A stretch of 47,670 nt of DNA from positions 1 to 47,670 of the IMG/VR virus record IMGVR_UViG_3300011403_000017; one strand, given 5' to 3'. Every line of letters begins with the position of its first letter. Position 1 is the stretch's first letter. Below the pieces are notes generated by a model. That model was not told the DNA's origin. It was given only the letters and a program-made list of their open reading frames with translations, and made no database searches. The translations under genes and the position numbers were made by a program. The stretch comes from a virus (lineage: Duplodnaviria; Caudoviricetes). This document shows positions 7,601 through 17,289 of the stretch, piece after piece.

Positions 7601-10295
7601 CAAAACTAGATTTAACCTTAGTTCCATCAGGCATTAACGCTACAGTCTCTATCTTGAAGTGCTGACCACCCAAGATGTACGTAACACTGCCTACACCCTT
7701 ACCACCCGTCGCGCTGGTATCAGAAACTTTCCCAGATTCATGTAGAGTCGTGAAGACTGTGTAAAGATCGTCTTCAGTCATTCCCTTACCATTGTCTTCT
7801 ATTATAATAGAAGCGGGTTTCTTTGTAGTAGAATTAGCATCTGTAATAGTTACTTTAATCTCACCACTCATACCAAGAGTATTGATTGCATCAAGGGCAT
7901 TCTGCATCCCCTCACGCACCATTACAAATGGAAGTGGTTTGCTATATCCACCCGTCAACTCTTTGATAGAGTTCAAGGGATTGACGGTAAAGACCGCCTT
8001 ACCCGTCAATGCATTACGACCCATCGCTAGGGGTTCTTCGGGAGGTACACGTACTTTGGATTCACCTATACCAATATGATGATATCCAGGTGCATCACCT
8101 GAATTATAGGTGGGATCAGTTAAAGGATTCTTACCTGTACGTACTGCTTCTTGCGCAACCCTACGTGCAATAGCCCATTGCAATTCACCTAGATTGTCGA
8201 AATCTTCAGGATTCAATCCAAGTAATCTTGCTTCATTAATAGCTACTGCAACAGGATCATCCATTCCTTTAGTGGTAAGTGCATCTTTAATATTTAATGG
8301 TCTACCCCTCATAGGCAATAAATCATCAGGCCCATATTCAGATAAGTCTCTCATCTCAGGAGGTACTGGGCCTTCCCTAGTCCTATCCTGTATCTCAGCG
8401 TCAATTAAATCATCTATCATGGAGGGCTGAGTAGGCTCTTGTCGAAGCATACCTACGTTAGTCGAAATATCTTGATTTCCTGCGTTAGCAATATTCTCTA
8501 GTCTATTCCTCTCCACTACTCCAGGAAGTAGATTTCCCTGTCCCTCTGGTGGAGGTGGAGCAGGTATATCGTATCCCTCTACCGGACTACGTGGTCCCAA
8601 CGGTGCAGGAAATGCGCCCGCTATACGTTCTCCTGTTTCTTCACCACCAATTCGAGGCTCACCATATGGAGCGCGTGGTGGAGGGAGGGGCGTCAGCGGC
8701 GCGTTTGGATCATCTTCTCCCATTCCTAGTCTGTTTTCTGTAGACGCACGTAATCCCGTAGCAAATTGCTGTAATTTAGCAGGATCTACGGGTGGTAAAC
8801 CAGCAGGATTTTGGTTTTCTTCTGGTTCAAATCCTCTATCAAATTGGGCTACTCTACCAGTCTGTTCTCCTGGCCTAACCTGACGAGATAGGACTAACGC
8901 CATTTCTTCTTCAGTAGGCTCACGTCCTAACATCCTTGTAAAGTTAGCACGTACTTCCTCTGGACTCATAGCTCCGCCACTACCGTCATCAGCATGAGCT
9001 AAAGGAACTTCTCTAAAGGTAGTGTGGGTAGCAGTCCTACCAGCTACTCCATATCCACCCCTCTCCATGTTTTCCCTATAACCTGCTTGGTCTGCTACCT
9101 GATTAGGAACTACATGATCTTCACCCGGAGCAATACCTGTTTGACCCTGACTAATGGGTCCGGGTGCTGGTGTTGGAGGTTGTGGAGGAGGTGCAGTAGG
9201 TCTTTTATCCCCCGTTACAAACAAAGGAGCTACATCACCACGCACCATCTGTGGATGACCTTCAGAGTCAACTAGACCCTGCACAGACACGTATCCCCTA
9301 GCACGCCAAAATGCCACGTTATTTTGATCGGGGGCTGTTATTGTAACTACTTGCTGATTATCAGATAAATGCGTCCCTGGAGGTATGACATTGGGATTTG
9401 TCATATCTATATTGATACCTCCAGAGGGAGATGGAGGTGTACCTAGAGGACCAGCAGGAGGAGGTGGAGGCTTGGGCGGAGGAGGCGTTGGACCCGCGTC
9501 GTCAAACAACATCCCCTGTCCTTGGGGATCAATATTGAAAGGTAGTTTTCCTTGATTTTCGTTAGGTATACCGTATGGTCCAATTTCCGGACCGTGCATT
9601 GGCCCTTCGTGCTCTAATCCAGACGGAGGCTGATACCATTCAGGCTCACGTAAGCCCGCATATGGCAAGTCCTGTTGTGTAGCCCCTCCCATATCCCCTA
9701 CGTTTAGAGGCTTACTCCTACCCTTATACCCTTGATATCCTCCAAACGCACCACCCAATATGCCACCCATTAGACCGCCACCAGCCGTCTGACCAGCGAC
9801 TTCCTCTAATGAGGGCATCTCGTACTTAGATGGACTCCACAGATTTCCTTTGTCAGCCTGATGACGTGGGAACGCGCCGACGGCCCCTTGGACCGCACCA
9901 TGACCCGCAGACCGAGCCGCGTATTTAGCTATTTCTCCCAAGCCCGTCCGCTCTAATTTACCCGCACCAGGAAGGTAGTTTAACCCACCCTCTAGAGCCA
10001 TAATAGAGGGGTCAAATTCCTTTCCCTCCATCCAACGGCCTATACCCTCACCCACAGCCCCACCAATGAATGGGCTAGTTCCAAAGGTAAACGGTGCAGC
10101 AAGGTCGCCTATGGTAGATAGACCGAACCTAACCGCATTAGGTGCGGTAAACATACTCCCAAGGAATCCAGGCTGTTCTTCTTCCTCGTCTTGGTCTAGA
10201 GGACGTAATCCTAGATTGTATGGATCATCATTCGTACCAGAATCTAGAGGACGTAGGCCCAATCCGTAAGGATCATCAGGATTTTGTGGCATCAC
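4686..10295 (-). CDS. Large putative internal virion/ejection (polyvalent-type) protein with GHKL ATPase and HExxH zincin domains
   Basis: 1869 aa; last gene of the virion operon. GHKL motifs REGMQNALDA, IEDNGKGM, GGKGVG and GT; zincin TLLHEAAH..GHGTDW; Pro-rich linkers; C-terminal DFGKVRVG..LDLGGG region typical of large phage internal proteins. Confidence 0.85.
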   Translation of the reverse strand: MMPQNPDDPYGLGLRPLDSGTNDDPYNLGLRPLDQDEEEEQPGFLGSMFTAPNAVRFGLSTIGDLAAPFTFGTSPFIGGAVGEGIGRWMEGKEFDPSIMALEGGLNYLPGAGKLERTGLGEIAKYAARSAGHGAVQGAVGAFPRHQADKGNLWSPSKYEMPSLEEVAGQTAGGGLMGGILGGAFGGYQGYKGRSKPLNVGDMGGATQQDLPYAGLREPEWYQPPSGLEHEGPMHGPEIGPYGIPNENQGKLPFNIDPQGQGMLFDDAGPTPPPPKPPPPPAGPLGTPPSPSGGINIDMTNPNVIPPGTHLSDNQQVVTITAPDQNNVAFWRARGYVSVQGLVDSEGHPQMVRGDVAPLFVTGDKRPTAPPPQPPTPAPGPISQGQTGIAPGEDHVVPNQVADQAGYRENMERGGYGVAGRTATHTTFREVPLAHADDGSGGAMSPEEVRANFTRMLGREPTEEEMALVLSRQVRPGEQTGRVAQFDRGFEPEENQNPAGLPPVDPAKLQQFATGLRASTENRLGMGEDDPNAPLTPLPPPRAPYGEPRIGGEETGERIAGAFPAPLGPRSPVEGYDIPAPPPPEGQGNLLPGVVERNRLENIANAGNQDISTNVGMLRQEPTQPSMIDDLIDAEIQDRTREGPVPPEMRDLSEYGPDDLLPMRGRPLNIKDALTTKGMDDPVAVAINEARLLGLNPEDFDNLGELQWAIARRVAQEAVRTGKNPLTDPTYNSGDAPGYHHIGIGESKVRVPPEEPLAMGRNALTGKAVFTVNPLNSIKELTGGYSKPLPFVMVREGMQNALDAINTLGMSGEIKVTITDANSTTKKPASIIIEDNGKGMTEDDLYTVFTTLHESGKVSDTSATGGKGVGSVTYILGGQHFKIETVALMPDGTKVKSSFAGKPEDILNPEGFDIKPEVVPDDTPTGTKFETLLKEDQDAWDGKNSMTSILDYSRNRTGKISYKRNPWESVKEHTLTGNPNDKIVATDITLDNGNVKADIIIPEKARTGTFTGTTIQVLNNGMWQFEQWHSYGEEKNGVPSEVVVDLKPQVEELSPEYPFPVQRESVKDHIWSQVTQGVNQYVADPMASNKQKDLAKLWGQMGTVSAPRGGTMRETVFFDNGDRLLPHELDFIKNSPAIRSVQQIIDKLLDDVLVARGISYDQMKLVRSGIYMPDDRYLYGHHIPNPSAPKAESGILLNLFAHILDNPNDPKTAALSAVETLLHEAAHIGKDSPTSYDIVISPKDMNDPRVGRYLATYLRQVSGQLGLVGHGTDWIKRLGDIYAKTGTGTAFQHADALEAVLRGKGAGRGTNLVTPGGRKSGSYSPEIQELLHIYTESRGRPATSEDILSPTGVKSAGARGGGPTTVPSNTPTAGGGTPTQQGVAKKAKEFSWVKEALAVPTNATTMLDLSAPGRQGLSMIATPEFWKASWAMFKGLSYDSYKQIDADLRAKPLMRRRISSDGRVMPSFGEEIGVKMFSPASEGVGPRAEATASKWLEMGIGEGIGSKVWRNTAGVPIRATNRAFITFLNHLNVNRTEKLLNLAKDMSVRGVDTGRTAMPGLLGGVHLKGGENIGFSRKIGHEDAMNMNPYHNLVLAKEIAEFVNAATGHATAKGGLSLENAVSKIGPFLFSPGLLNSRIRMMNPATYVMASPFVRQQYAKAALSTAAAWFISSQLVKNAAGEDAEVSDDITSADFGKVRVGDARLDLGGGFLQFAVAYGRMYMGGSTSSSSGEFHRFGSGYQAQTQEDMMERFLVNKLNPVTKFAWDVFSASEYNPFHVGDRTAQLFVPLFIQDLNEIYKENPDLLPIFGGAAMLGGGTQIYSKGESVAKLIPEENDWLTTGGGVRDLMPWNWGNDPGQVSRPFPWSPDE
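10195..10277 (-). repeat. Duplicated N-terminal peptide DDPY(G/N)LGLRPLD in the large protein
   Basis: Two imperfect ~35-nt copies, tctagaggacgt..ggatcatc. Confidence 0.75.
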
Positions 10296-11878
10296 TTCAC
10301 CTGTTCATACAATCCAGTATCAAGTGCCTTCTTCAGATTTTCCTTACGCATTGCGAATTCTTTACCAGTCTTCTTGTCTCTAACTACAACTTCACCCGAT
10401 CCAACGGCAGTCGGAGCAGCTTCTTTCGCCTTGAACTTTTCAGGCAATAGGGGGCCGTATTTGGGCTTTCCTGCAGGCGTAAATCCACCCGGTCCAGTAC
10501 CCGCAGCAGCAGGAGTATTAGAAGGCCCAATTCCCTGTGGTTTAGCCTCTACTGGCTTCGTAGTACCCGTAGGTCCAATACCTGCTGATCCAGGCTTATA
10601 GGTTGGGTCTATTTTAGCCTTTACAGCATCCCATTCCTTTACGTCTTCTTCAGTTACCCCTTCACCCCAAATACCAAAGGTCTTACCTGTTCCTACCTCT
10701 GGCCTATTCTTCATCTCGAACTTACCATCAGTTTTCCTTCTAATCCACTTCCTAGCTGTCTTGTCATACGTGTACAGGTCTTCATATCTTGCCTGTTCCT
10801 GACGTATATCCTCTAATGTATTAGTTCTTGATGCTGCTCCGGGTGTTCCTGGCCTCTGTATTGAACCTCCCGCACCCGGAACCTCGACCATCGAATTTGT
10901 AGCAGGATCAAATCTGTACTGTTTTCCATCTCTTTGGAAAATTCCAGTTCCACCTGCTTCCAATCGATTTAATGCTGCTTCTCCGGTAGCCTTAGCAGTC
11001 TCTACTTTACCTGTATTCCGTAGAAGTTCCAATTCTCTCTGATCCATCATCCCAGAATCACCCAAATCAATCATTTGACCTGGAGGATTGGGATTAACTG
11101 CTACGATTCTGTCACCTGCAACTTTGACGATCCAACCGCTATTTTTGGCTGCATACGCGGCTGACCGGACACGCGTACTTTCAGCGTTTTTCTCTGCTAC
11201 AGCCTGTTTCCCTTCGTCGCGTATTCTTTGAGCCTCTGTCCTATCTATTTGGACTGCTGCGGAGGCTACATTACCCGCCAAAGTACGCTCATTGACATTA
11301 GCTCGACCCTCTAAATCTGCGGTCTTACTGAATGGCTCGGCCTTAGTTTTCCAGTCGTCCATTGCACGGTGATGTAGCGCATACATCACCTTTTCCATGT
11401 CTTCAATGGGCGTCTTGGACCCTATTCCTATGCCTCCAGCAACAATCCGACGCATGATACTAGGTTCTTCACGCTCAGGAGCCGCATCCATCAATTTACG
11501 TAGTCTATCCCTATCTATAGTCTCAGGCGTATATTGCTTGTTTATAAGGTCAATTATCTCTTGCGCAGTAGTCCCACTAGTTCTCAATGGAGAGGCTCCT
11601 GCTGGCGTGCGTGTAGGATCTGCAGGTATCTGATTCGGCAGAATAGTTTCCTCTTGGAACGTAGGACTAGTGGCTGGTTGTTGTCCTATCTGCTCCAATG
11701 GACCCTGTGAGCGTGGTGGAAGTGCAGCTTCCTCAGGACGTATGGAGGGCACGGGCGTGTAATTCATCCCTCCCCCACCCATACCCATCCCATACTGTTC
11801 CCCCATACCCGACATATCCTCGTAGGGCTGAGGTTGGAATATCTGCTGCTGGCGGAGTCGCTGAATGTCGTATGCCAT
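10292..11878 (-). CDS. Putative internal virion/ejection protein (528 aa)
   Basis: Lies between the tail genes and the large protein; helical and low-complexity composition. Confidence 0.6.
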   Translation of the reverse strand: MAYDIQRLRQQQIFQPQPYEDMSGMGEQYGMGMGGGGMNYTPVPSIRPEEAALPPRSQGPLEQIGQQPATSPTFQEETILPNQIPADPTRTPAGASPLRTSGTTAQEIIDLINKQYTPETIDRDRLRKLMDAAPEREEPSIMRRIVAGGIGIGSKTPIEDMEKVMYALHHRAMDDWKTKAEPFSKTADLEGRANVNERTLAGNVASAAVQIDRTEAQRIRDEGKQAVAEKNAESTRVRSAAYAAKNSGWIVKVAGDRIVAVNPNPPGQMIDLGDSGMMDQRELELLRNTGKVETAKATGEAALNRLEAGGTGIFQRDGKQYRFDPATNSMVEVPGAGGSIQRPGTPGAASRTNTLEDIRQEQARYEDLYTYDKTARKWIRRKTDGKFEMKNRPEVGTGKTFGIWGEGVTEEDVKEWDAVKAKIDPTYKPGSAGIGPTGTTKPVEAKPQGIGPSNTPAAAGTGPGGFTPAGKPKYGPLLPEKFKAKEAAPTAVGSGEVVVRDKKTGKEFAMRKENLKKALDTGLYEQVK

Positions 11879-11879
11879 G

Positions 11880-12866
11880 TTACATTTCGTCCGGATTCAT
11901 AGTGTTAGCTTGAACCTGTCCGCCCCCACCTTGTCTCTTTTTCCAAGCATCAATGAATGGATAGGCTACTTGGGCACCAGTATTGTAGATATCCTTGAAT
12001 CTACCCATATTCTGCTCGTATGCACCTGGCAACTGTTGACCTTCGTTCTGTCTACCCATCAATCCAAGGCCAAAAGTACCACCCTGACCGACTCCCTGAA
12101 GAAGTTGATTTCCAAACATATTAGACATGCCAGGAGTCGTTCCATACAGACTAGTCATGCCCTGTAATGCTCTAAGTTGATCAGTTCTACTTGCTGCTCC
12201 AGCAGCAGATGCAGACGCGCCCGCCGACATGTTCGCAGAGGCATTGAATTTGGCTACTTCAAGGTCCGCTGCGAGTCTCTGCTTCTCAATGTCAGACATT
12301 CCACCTAGACCGCTGAGTCTCCCCTTATTCCGGGCCTCTGCAAGTCCTGCCTCGACGTTTTGAGTGGCATCTGCACCCAATTGACCCTGTTCTCTAGCCA
12401 TCTTTGCTTGCGCTGCAAAGGCGTTAGGACTGTATCCACCCTGAAGTGACCTCTGACGACCCATTTCACGTTCAGCATTGGCGTATGAAGCGCGTATAGG
12501 ACTGACTCCACGCGACCTCATATTAGCTATGTCATCTCTCGAATAACCCCCTGTCTTAGAGAATTCTTCGTATCCTCCATAAGACTTAAAGGGGTCATTA
12601 TAGCCAATATGTGACGCTGCAAAGCCTCCCCCACCACCTCCCCCACCCGGTCCACCCGCGCCTGACGCAATGTTTCGATATTGGTTCATTATGTCGGCTC
12701 TATCGCCGAAATCCATCTCTGAACCACGTCCATAGTTATGCGCGAACGCATTGACCATTGGACCCTGTTGACTCTCATACCTTTGCTGTTGGTATCCACC
12801 CTGATTCTGAGCGCGTCCGCGTGGATCTCCCCCAGAAGTCTGCTGATAGGGATTATAGGCTGGCAT
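11880..12866 (-). CDS. Putative DNA pilot/ejection protein (328 aa, Gly/Gln/Ala-rich)
   Basis: First of three ejection-type genes, analogous in order to P22 gp7/gp20/gp16 and T7 gp14-16. Confidence 0.6.
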   Translation of the reverse strand: MPAYNPYQQTSGGDPRGRAQNQGGYQQQRYESQQGPMVNAFAHNYGRGSEMDFGDRADIMNQYRNIASGAGGPGGGGGGGGFAASHIGYNDPFKSYGGYEEFSKTGGYSRDDIANMRSRGVSPIRASYANAEREMGRQRSLQGGYSPNAFAAQAKMAREQGQLGADATQNVEAGLAEARNKGRLSGLGGMSDIEKQRLAADLEVAKFNASANMSAGASASAAGAASRTDQLRALQGMTSLYGTTPGMSNMFGNQLLQGVGQGGTFGLGLMGRQNEGQQLPGAYEQNMGRFKDIYNTGAQVAYPFIDAWKKRQGGGGQVQANTMNPDEM

Positions 12867-12874
12867 ACATCACC

Positions 12875-13648
12875 TCAAGGCATGATAATCATGAACTGCG
12901 TCTTCTCAGTCACAGTTGGTGGAACTATACTCGTATTTATCAGAACTTCAATTGCAAGCTGAGATAACCTAAAACTAACTGGAACACTGTCTAATATTCC
13001 AACTTCAACAGGTAGTTGCGATAGTCTGGCTATTGCTGTTCCAGGTATCTCAGCAAATACTGCTACTGCCGCCGCTACATTTGTAGATCCAGTCCATGTC
13101 CATTGTGGATTAATCGCAGCAGCAGTAGTTTGAATTTGGTATGCCCCAACCGCATATACCGAAACTGCACCAATACCTGTAACTTGTATTAATCCAGTAA
13201 ATCCAGATGGAGTACTGAAAGTAGCTGCTATTCCTCCAGCAGTTGTACCAGTAATAACTAATGCACCATTAACTGATGGCGTTACACTTCCAGCATTTAA
13301 GGGGGATGATGTTCCAGACGCCCCATTTTGCCGTGAATCATAATTAATTGCACCTGAAAATGCATATGCAGTAGCAGCACAATAAATACCAGATCCACTA
13401 AGCGTTATTACGTGTCCAGATCCAACAACAGGTGTTAGAACATAATGAAATCTGAAAGTAGCTGAATCTGCTTGTGTATATCCCGTTAATGGTGTATAAC
13501 TATTTCCCTTATTATCAGAAATAGTTACAGTACCAAATCCTCCCACCCCAACGATAATAGCTGTTGCACCAGTAGTATTAATGGCATCTAATGATCCGCC
13601 ATTGATTCCAACTGATTTACCAGTCGATGCAACTAAAGCAATAGCCAC
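12875..13648 (-). CDS. Tail fibre/receptor-binding-associated beta protein
   Basis: Thr/Gly/Ala-rich beta composition (ISDNKGNSYT, AGSVTPSVNGALVI); in the tail module. Confidence 0.6.
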   Translation of the reverse strand: MAIALVASTGKSVGINGGSLDAINTTGATAIIVGVGGFGTVTISDNKGNSYTPLTGYTQADSATFRFHYVLTPVVGSGHVITLSGSGIYCAATAYAFSGAINYDSRQNGASGTSSPLNAGSVTPSVNGALVITGTTAGGIAATFSTPSGFTGLIQVTGIGAVSVYAVGAYQIQTTAAAINPQWTWTGSTNVAAAVAVFAEIPGTAIARLSQLPVEVGILDSVPVSFRLSQLAIEVLINTSIVPPTVTEKTQFMIIMP

Positions 13649-14703
13649 TACGAAGTCACTTTCATCCCGAATTGAGCAGCATTAACCGCAGCAACAGTCC
13701 ATTCAATAGGACTTCCTGCATTCGGATCTTGCGCACGCACTTCACTAAAATAAGCCCAACTAGTCAATGGACTAACATTAGCTCCATCACTATCAGTACT
13801 AGCTGATCTAGTTACTGTACATACAGTTCTAGCAGTTGCATCAGTTTTCTGCATGTACAAATTAGCTTGAACACCAAGTACAGTTCCAGCTAATGCCATT
13901 GCTGGATAGTTGTATGTATCCTTTACTCCTACAGTTGAACCAGAGTTATAATCTGATGTGTTTGGAGTTGTCTCATCAACCAATGCACCATGATCAGTTC
14001 CAGTAGAACAAGTTAATCCAGCATTTGATCCAGCAGCGACAGCATCAGTCTGAGGATAGAGTGTTTCGATTTTCACTGCGCCAAGAAAGTCATTACGTGG
14101 AGCAGATCCACTTGTGTCACATATATAAAAATCTTCTACATATGCAACAGTATTAGCAAGATAAGGATTGATAAGACATACACGATCCCATTGTCCAGTT
14201 GTTCCTCCATTTCGCGTATCTGTTGGTCCAGCATTAGTTAATGCAGCTTCAGTTACAGTATCAATCTTCACTTCATATGAACCAGTCGTGTCATGAATAA
14301 TACCCTTAAATTCTAAATAAGTCCAAGAATTAAGAACAATTGCTGTAGTACCAGTAGCCAACGTAGTAGTACCACGTCTAACAAGAAAAACTCCAGCAGC
14401 ACTTACAGATAAAGTAAGATGAACAGTTGTACCTTCACGAATTTGGATGAGATCATTCGTTCCAGTAAATGCAATAGTAGGATTAAAGGCTAACCCAACT
14501 ACAAAACCAGTACTAGCTGGTGATAATGGTTTGGAAATTGCATGACCTGGATTATTTCCATATAATCGAAGTGAATGTGATCCGGTACGAACAGGTGATG
14601 TAGCTGCAATGGCATCAGCTGCGCCACTTGCCCATTTACCAAGAGTGTATATAATACCACTAGTACCGTAGTGATCAAATCCATCCATGAACAATAGAGC
14701 CAT
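13648..14703 (-). CDS. Tail-associated lectin-like (concanavalin/LamG-like) protein
   Basis: MALLFMDGFDHY start, WTYLEFK, YVEDFYICD and WTVAAVNAAQFG, a pattern typical of phage tail beta-sandwich proteins. Confidence 0.6.
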   Translation of the reverse strand: MALLFMDGFDHYGTSGIIYTLGKWASGAADAIAATSPVRTGSHSLRLYGNNPGHAISKPLSPASTGFVVGLAFNPTIAFTGTNDLIQIREGTTVHLTLSVSAAGVFLVRRGTTTLATGTTAIVLNSWTYLEFKGIIHDTTGSYEVKIDTVTEAALTNAGPTDTRNGGTTGQWDRVCLINPYLANTVAYVEDFYICDTSGSAPRNDFLGAVKIETLYPQTDAVAAGSNAGLTCSTGTDHGALVDETTPNTSDYNSGSTVGVKDTYNYPAMALAGTVLGVQANLYMQKTDATARTVCTVTRSASTDSDGANVSPLTSWAYFSEVRAQDPNAGSPIEWTVAAVNAAQFGMKVTS

Positions 14704-14726
14704 AATTCACCCTAACGAAACTGAAA

Positions 14727-16538
14727 CTAGGCTTGTACTGTCAGACTTATGGTGACCTTCGTAATCGTAGTCACAGAGTTCACATTGAATGCTAGAATAT
14801 CACCAGCCGTAATTGAAGTCGTCCAACCAGTTAAAGTGGTGCTTTGATTCTTCAATGCTGTAGTAATGGTTGGCTTGGCTGAAGCAGTAATCACATCACC
14901 CACTACTGGAGGATAGTTAGCATACGTATCCTTCCAAATATCAACAACTATCGAACCGCTAACATCTGCAAGCAAAGTCCATGCAGTAATCGTACAAGCA
15001 AAAGGAATCTCTAAATATCCCTTCAGTCCAGTAGTCACAGCAGAACCACCACCATCAACTATCATGGTGATAGTTCCAGTTCTAGTTGCTGATGTACCGT
15101 TAAGAGTAGTACCAGACATTGATAGTCCAGTACCTAACGTAATCTCCTGAGTATCTCCACTGCCGCTGTCACCGCGACCAAGCAATTTAGACGCAGCAGA
15201 CACATTCTGCATCTTTGCATATGTAACTGCATCATTTGCAATAGTTGCAGCTTGACTACCAGAGCCAGGACCAGCAGTTACATCACCAGTTAATTGATCT
15301 AATCCACTTCCACCCGCGCTCCCATTAGCAGCTAAAGTTATCCTACCATCAGCATCAACTGTCAGGTCAGTATTCGTATACGAACCAGGAGTTACTGCAG
15401 TCGAAGCTAATTCTGCTGGCCCCACAGTAGAGAGAGTAGCAAGAGCACCAAGACCCAAATTGGTACGAGCAGTAGGTATAGAAGTAAGATCCGAAAGATT
15501 GTTGGCTCTTTGCGCATAACGTGCATCAGCCTGATCCTGTGTTACACCAGACTGACTAATGTTACCACCCTGAAACTCTATCGCATCAAGATAGAATCCA
15601 TGACCCGCGCCAAACGCTGCAATCCGAATCTGATTGACCGTACTTCCCGAAGGAATAGCAAAAGTCGTAACAGGAATTGCAACTAACTGATAATCTGCGG
15701 TGATTGACGAATCAAACCCGAACGTACCAGTTCTATTGATAGTGACTGGATTGCCAATTTGAACTCCTGCATTTCTAAGGGTGATTGACAATCCTCTGCC
15801 ACTTGACCAAGTAGCTTTGGATCGGATATACAAGATAAGATTGTTGAAGTTATAAGGGATAATAGTTGTTGTTCCATGCTGTCCTTGTGCATAACTGCCA
15901 TTCGTAACTGCCGTAGCCTCGATATCCTTCGTAGACGGAGCCTTAGGATTAGTGGTTGAATTGACGTTAAATCCACTCCCTGACGTACTCCAATTCCACT
16001 CCGCAGGACTTCCTGCATTGTCTGCATACAATACTTCAGTGTCTATCGTTGGTTCAGTAGATGCAGCCTGAACCAGCACTATTCCTAACTTTAGCTGCGT
16101 CCCAGGGTCTATATCTGGCTCAGATGGATTGACGTTTGGGACACCAGTAACCTTGAATACTGTCCCTGTATTGTCTACTCCAATCAAATCTAGGCGTGGA
16201 TTCGTAGGATGCGCGGCGTCGAGAGTAATAGTCTGTTCTGCACTAGAATACAGGATATTCTGAATTCTGTAAGTAGCCGCAGAGACAAGAAAGTCGTAAT
16301 CAACAATCCAAGTGACTACACCACCACTAATCAGAAAGTTTCCACTCCCTGTACCCCCGCCTCCGCTACCCAAGCCCGCGTCACTAAAATCTTCCCACGC
16401 AGTTCCATCATTCGAACATCGTTCTGTAACTAGCGTATCAGTTGAGTAATACAATGTACCAGGAGGTACGTCCCCCGGTAGAGGTTTACTTGCAGATAAT
16501 CCCCGAAGAATTACGTCCTGTAAGCGACTACTAGGCAT
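14727..16538 (-). CDS. Tail fibre protein
   Basis: Fibre repeats NNLSDL..ARTNLGLG, VTPGSYT..TVDADGRIT and ANDAVTYAKMQNV; central carbohydrate-binding-like segment. Confidence 0.8.
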   Translation of the reverse strand: MPSSRLQDVILRGLSASKPLPGDVPPGTLYYSTDTLVTERCSNDGTAWEDFSDAGLGSGGGGTGSGNFLISGGVVTWIVDYDFLVSAATYRIQNILYSSAEQTITLDAAHPTNPRLDLIGVDNTGTVFKVTGVPNVNPSEPDIDPGTQLKLGIVLVQAASTEPTIDTEVLYADNAGSPAEWNWSTSGSGFNVNSTTNPKAPSTKDIEATAVTNGSYAQGQHGTTTIIPYNFNNLILYIRSKATWSSGRGLSITLRNAGVQIGNPVTINRTGTFGFDSSITADYQLVAIPVTTFAIPSGSTVNQIRIAAFGAGHGFYLDAIEFQGGNISQSGVTQDQADARYAQRANNLSDLTSIPTARTNLGLGALATLSTVGPAELASTAVTPGSYTNTDLTVDADGRITLAANGSAGGSGLDQLTGDVTAGPGSGSQAATIANDAVTYAKMQNVSAASKLLGRGDSGSGDTQEITLGTGLSMSGTTLNGTSATRTGTITMIVDGGGSAVTTGLKGYLEIPFACTITAWTLLADVSGSIVVDIWKDTYANYPPVVGDVITASAKPTITTALKNQSTTLTGWTTSITAGDILAFNVNSVTTITKVTISLTVQA

Positions 16539-16974
16539 TAGGCACCTGAACTATAATACATTCGCCCAATCCGAATATGAATCCCGTGTCGAGTACGTTT
16601 CCATCAGTCAACGGCGCATCGTAGTACCTGCAATTTCCCAAGCTATTGATTGTCCTCTTATTTGGAATCGTATCATCGAATTCTATTCCTTCACCTGCCA
16701 ACAATTGCCAGGAATTAGGTAATTTAGCCCTTTCGTCATTCTTTGTGTGATATGTAGCCGTCTTATCTGCTGCAATATTCAGGATAGTTTCAGAATTATT
16801 GATGCTATTGTTGATATCTGCTACTGTTTCGAGTGTAACAGTCTGAAACTGTGTCAATCGCTCAATTAACACCTGAACAGTCTGATACAGAGGATTCTCA
16901 GTGTCTCTAGTCTGAGCTAGAATCCCCTTCAGATCCGCAAATTCTGGCTGTTTCTTAGGAGGACGAAATGCCAT
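16531..16974 (-). CDS. Tail/fibre-attachment structural protein
   Basis: Position in the tail module; N-terminal coiled coil; LPNSWQLLAGEGI. Confidence 0.55.
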   Translation of the reverse strand: MAFRPPKKQPEFADLKGILAQTRDTENPLYQTVQVLIERLTQFQTVTLETVADINNSINNSETILNIAADKTATYHTKNDERAKLPNSWQLLAGEGIEFDDTIPNKRTINSLGNCRYYDAPLTDGNVLDTGFIFGLGECIIVQVPNA

Positions 16975-16975
16975 C

Positions 16976-17287
16976 TTACGACCCCGGATACGACGTGAAA
17001 GTTTCCTTCATAAACACTACAATTCGATTGATTCTGAAGTGTTCATCTATTTCAGTCGTCTTCAACTCGAAACTCGCTCTCTGTTCCATGAAATTCACGA
17101 GTCTAGTCTGTATAATCCTGTTCGCAGCAATCATGGAAAATGGCACGAGAGTTTTAGTCTTCAAATCATCCAATGACGAGACAGCCATCTTCAAATTACC
17201 AGAACCAGTCACACGCACGCGTATAGCCGCGAAATGACTGATATTCTCGCCTGAACTAACTTCACTTAATGCTGCACCCTTCGGCAT
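16976..17287 (-). CDS. Structural protein resembling the C-terminal beta domain of a tail nozzle/stabilisation protein
   Basis: HFAAIRVRVTGSG..RASFELKT..FRINRIVVF beta-strand pattern. Confidence 0.5.
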   Translation of the reverse strand: MPKGAALSEVSSGENISHFAAIRVRVTGSGNLKMAVSSLDDLKTKTLVPFSMIAANRIIQTRLVNFMEQRASFELKTTEIDEHFRINRIVVFMKETFTSYPGS

Positions 17288-17289
17288 GT

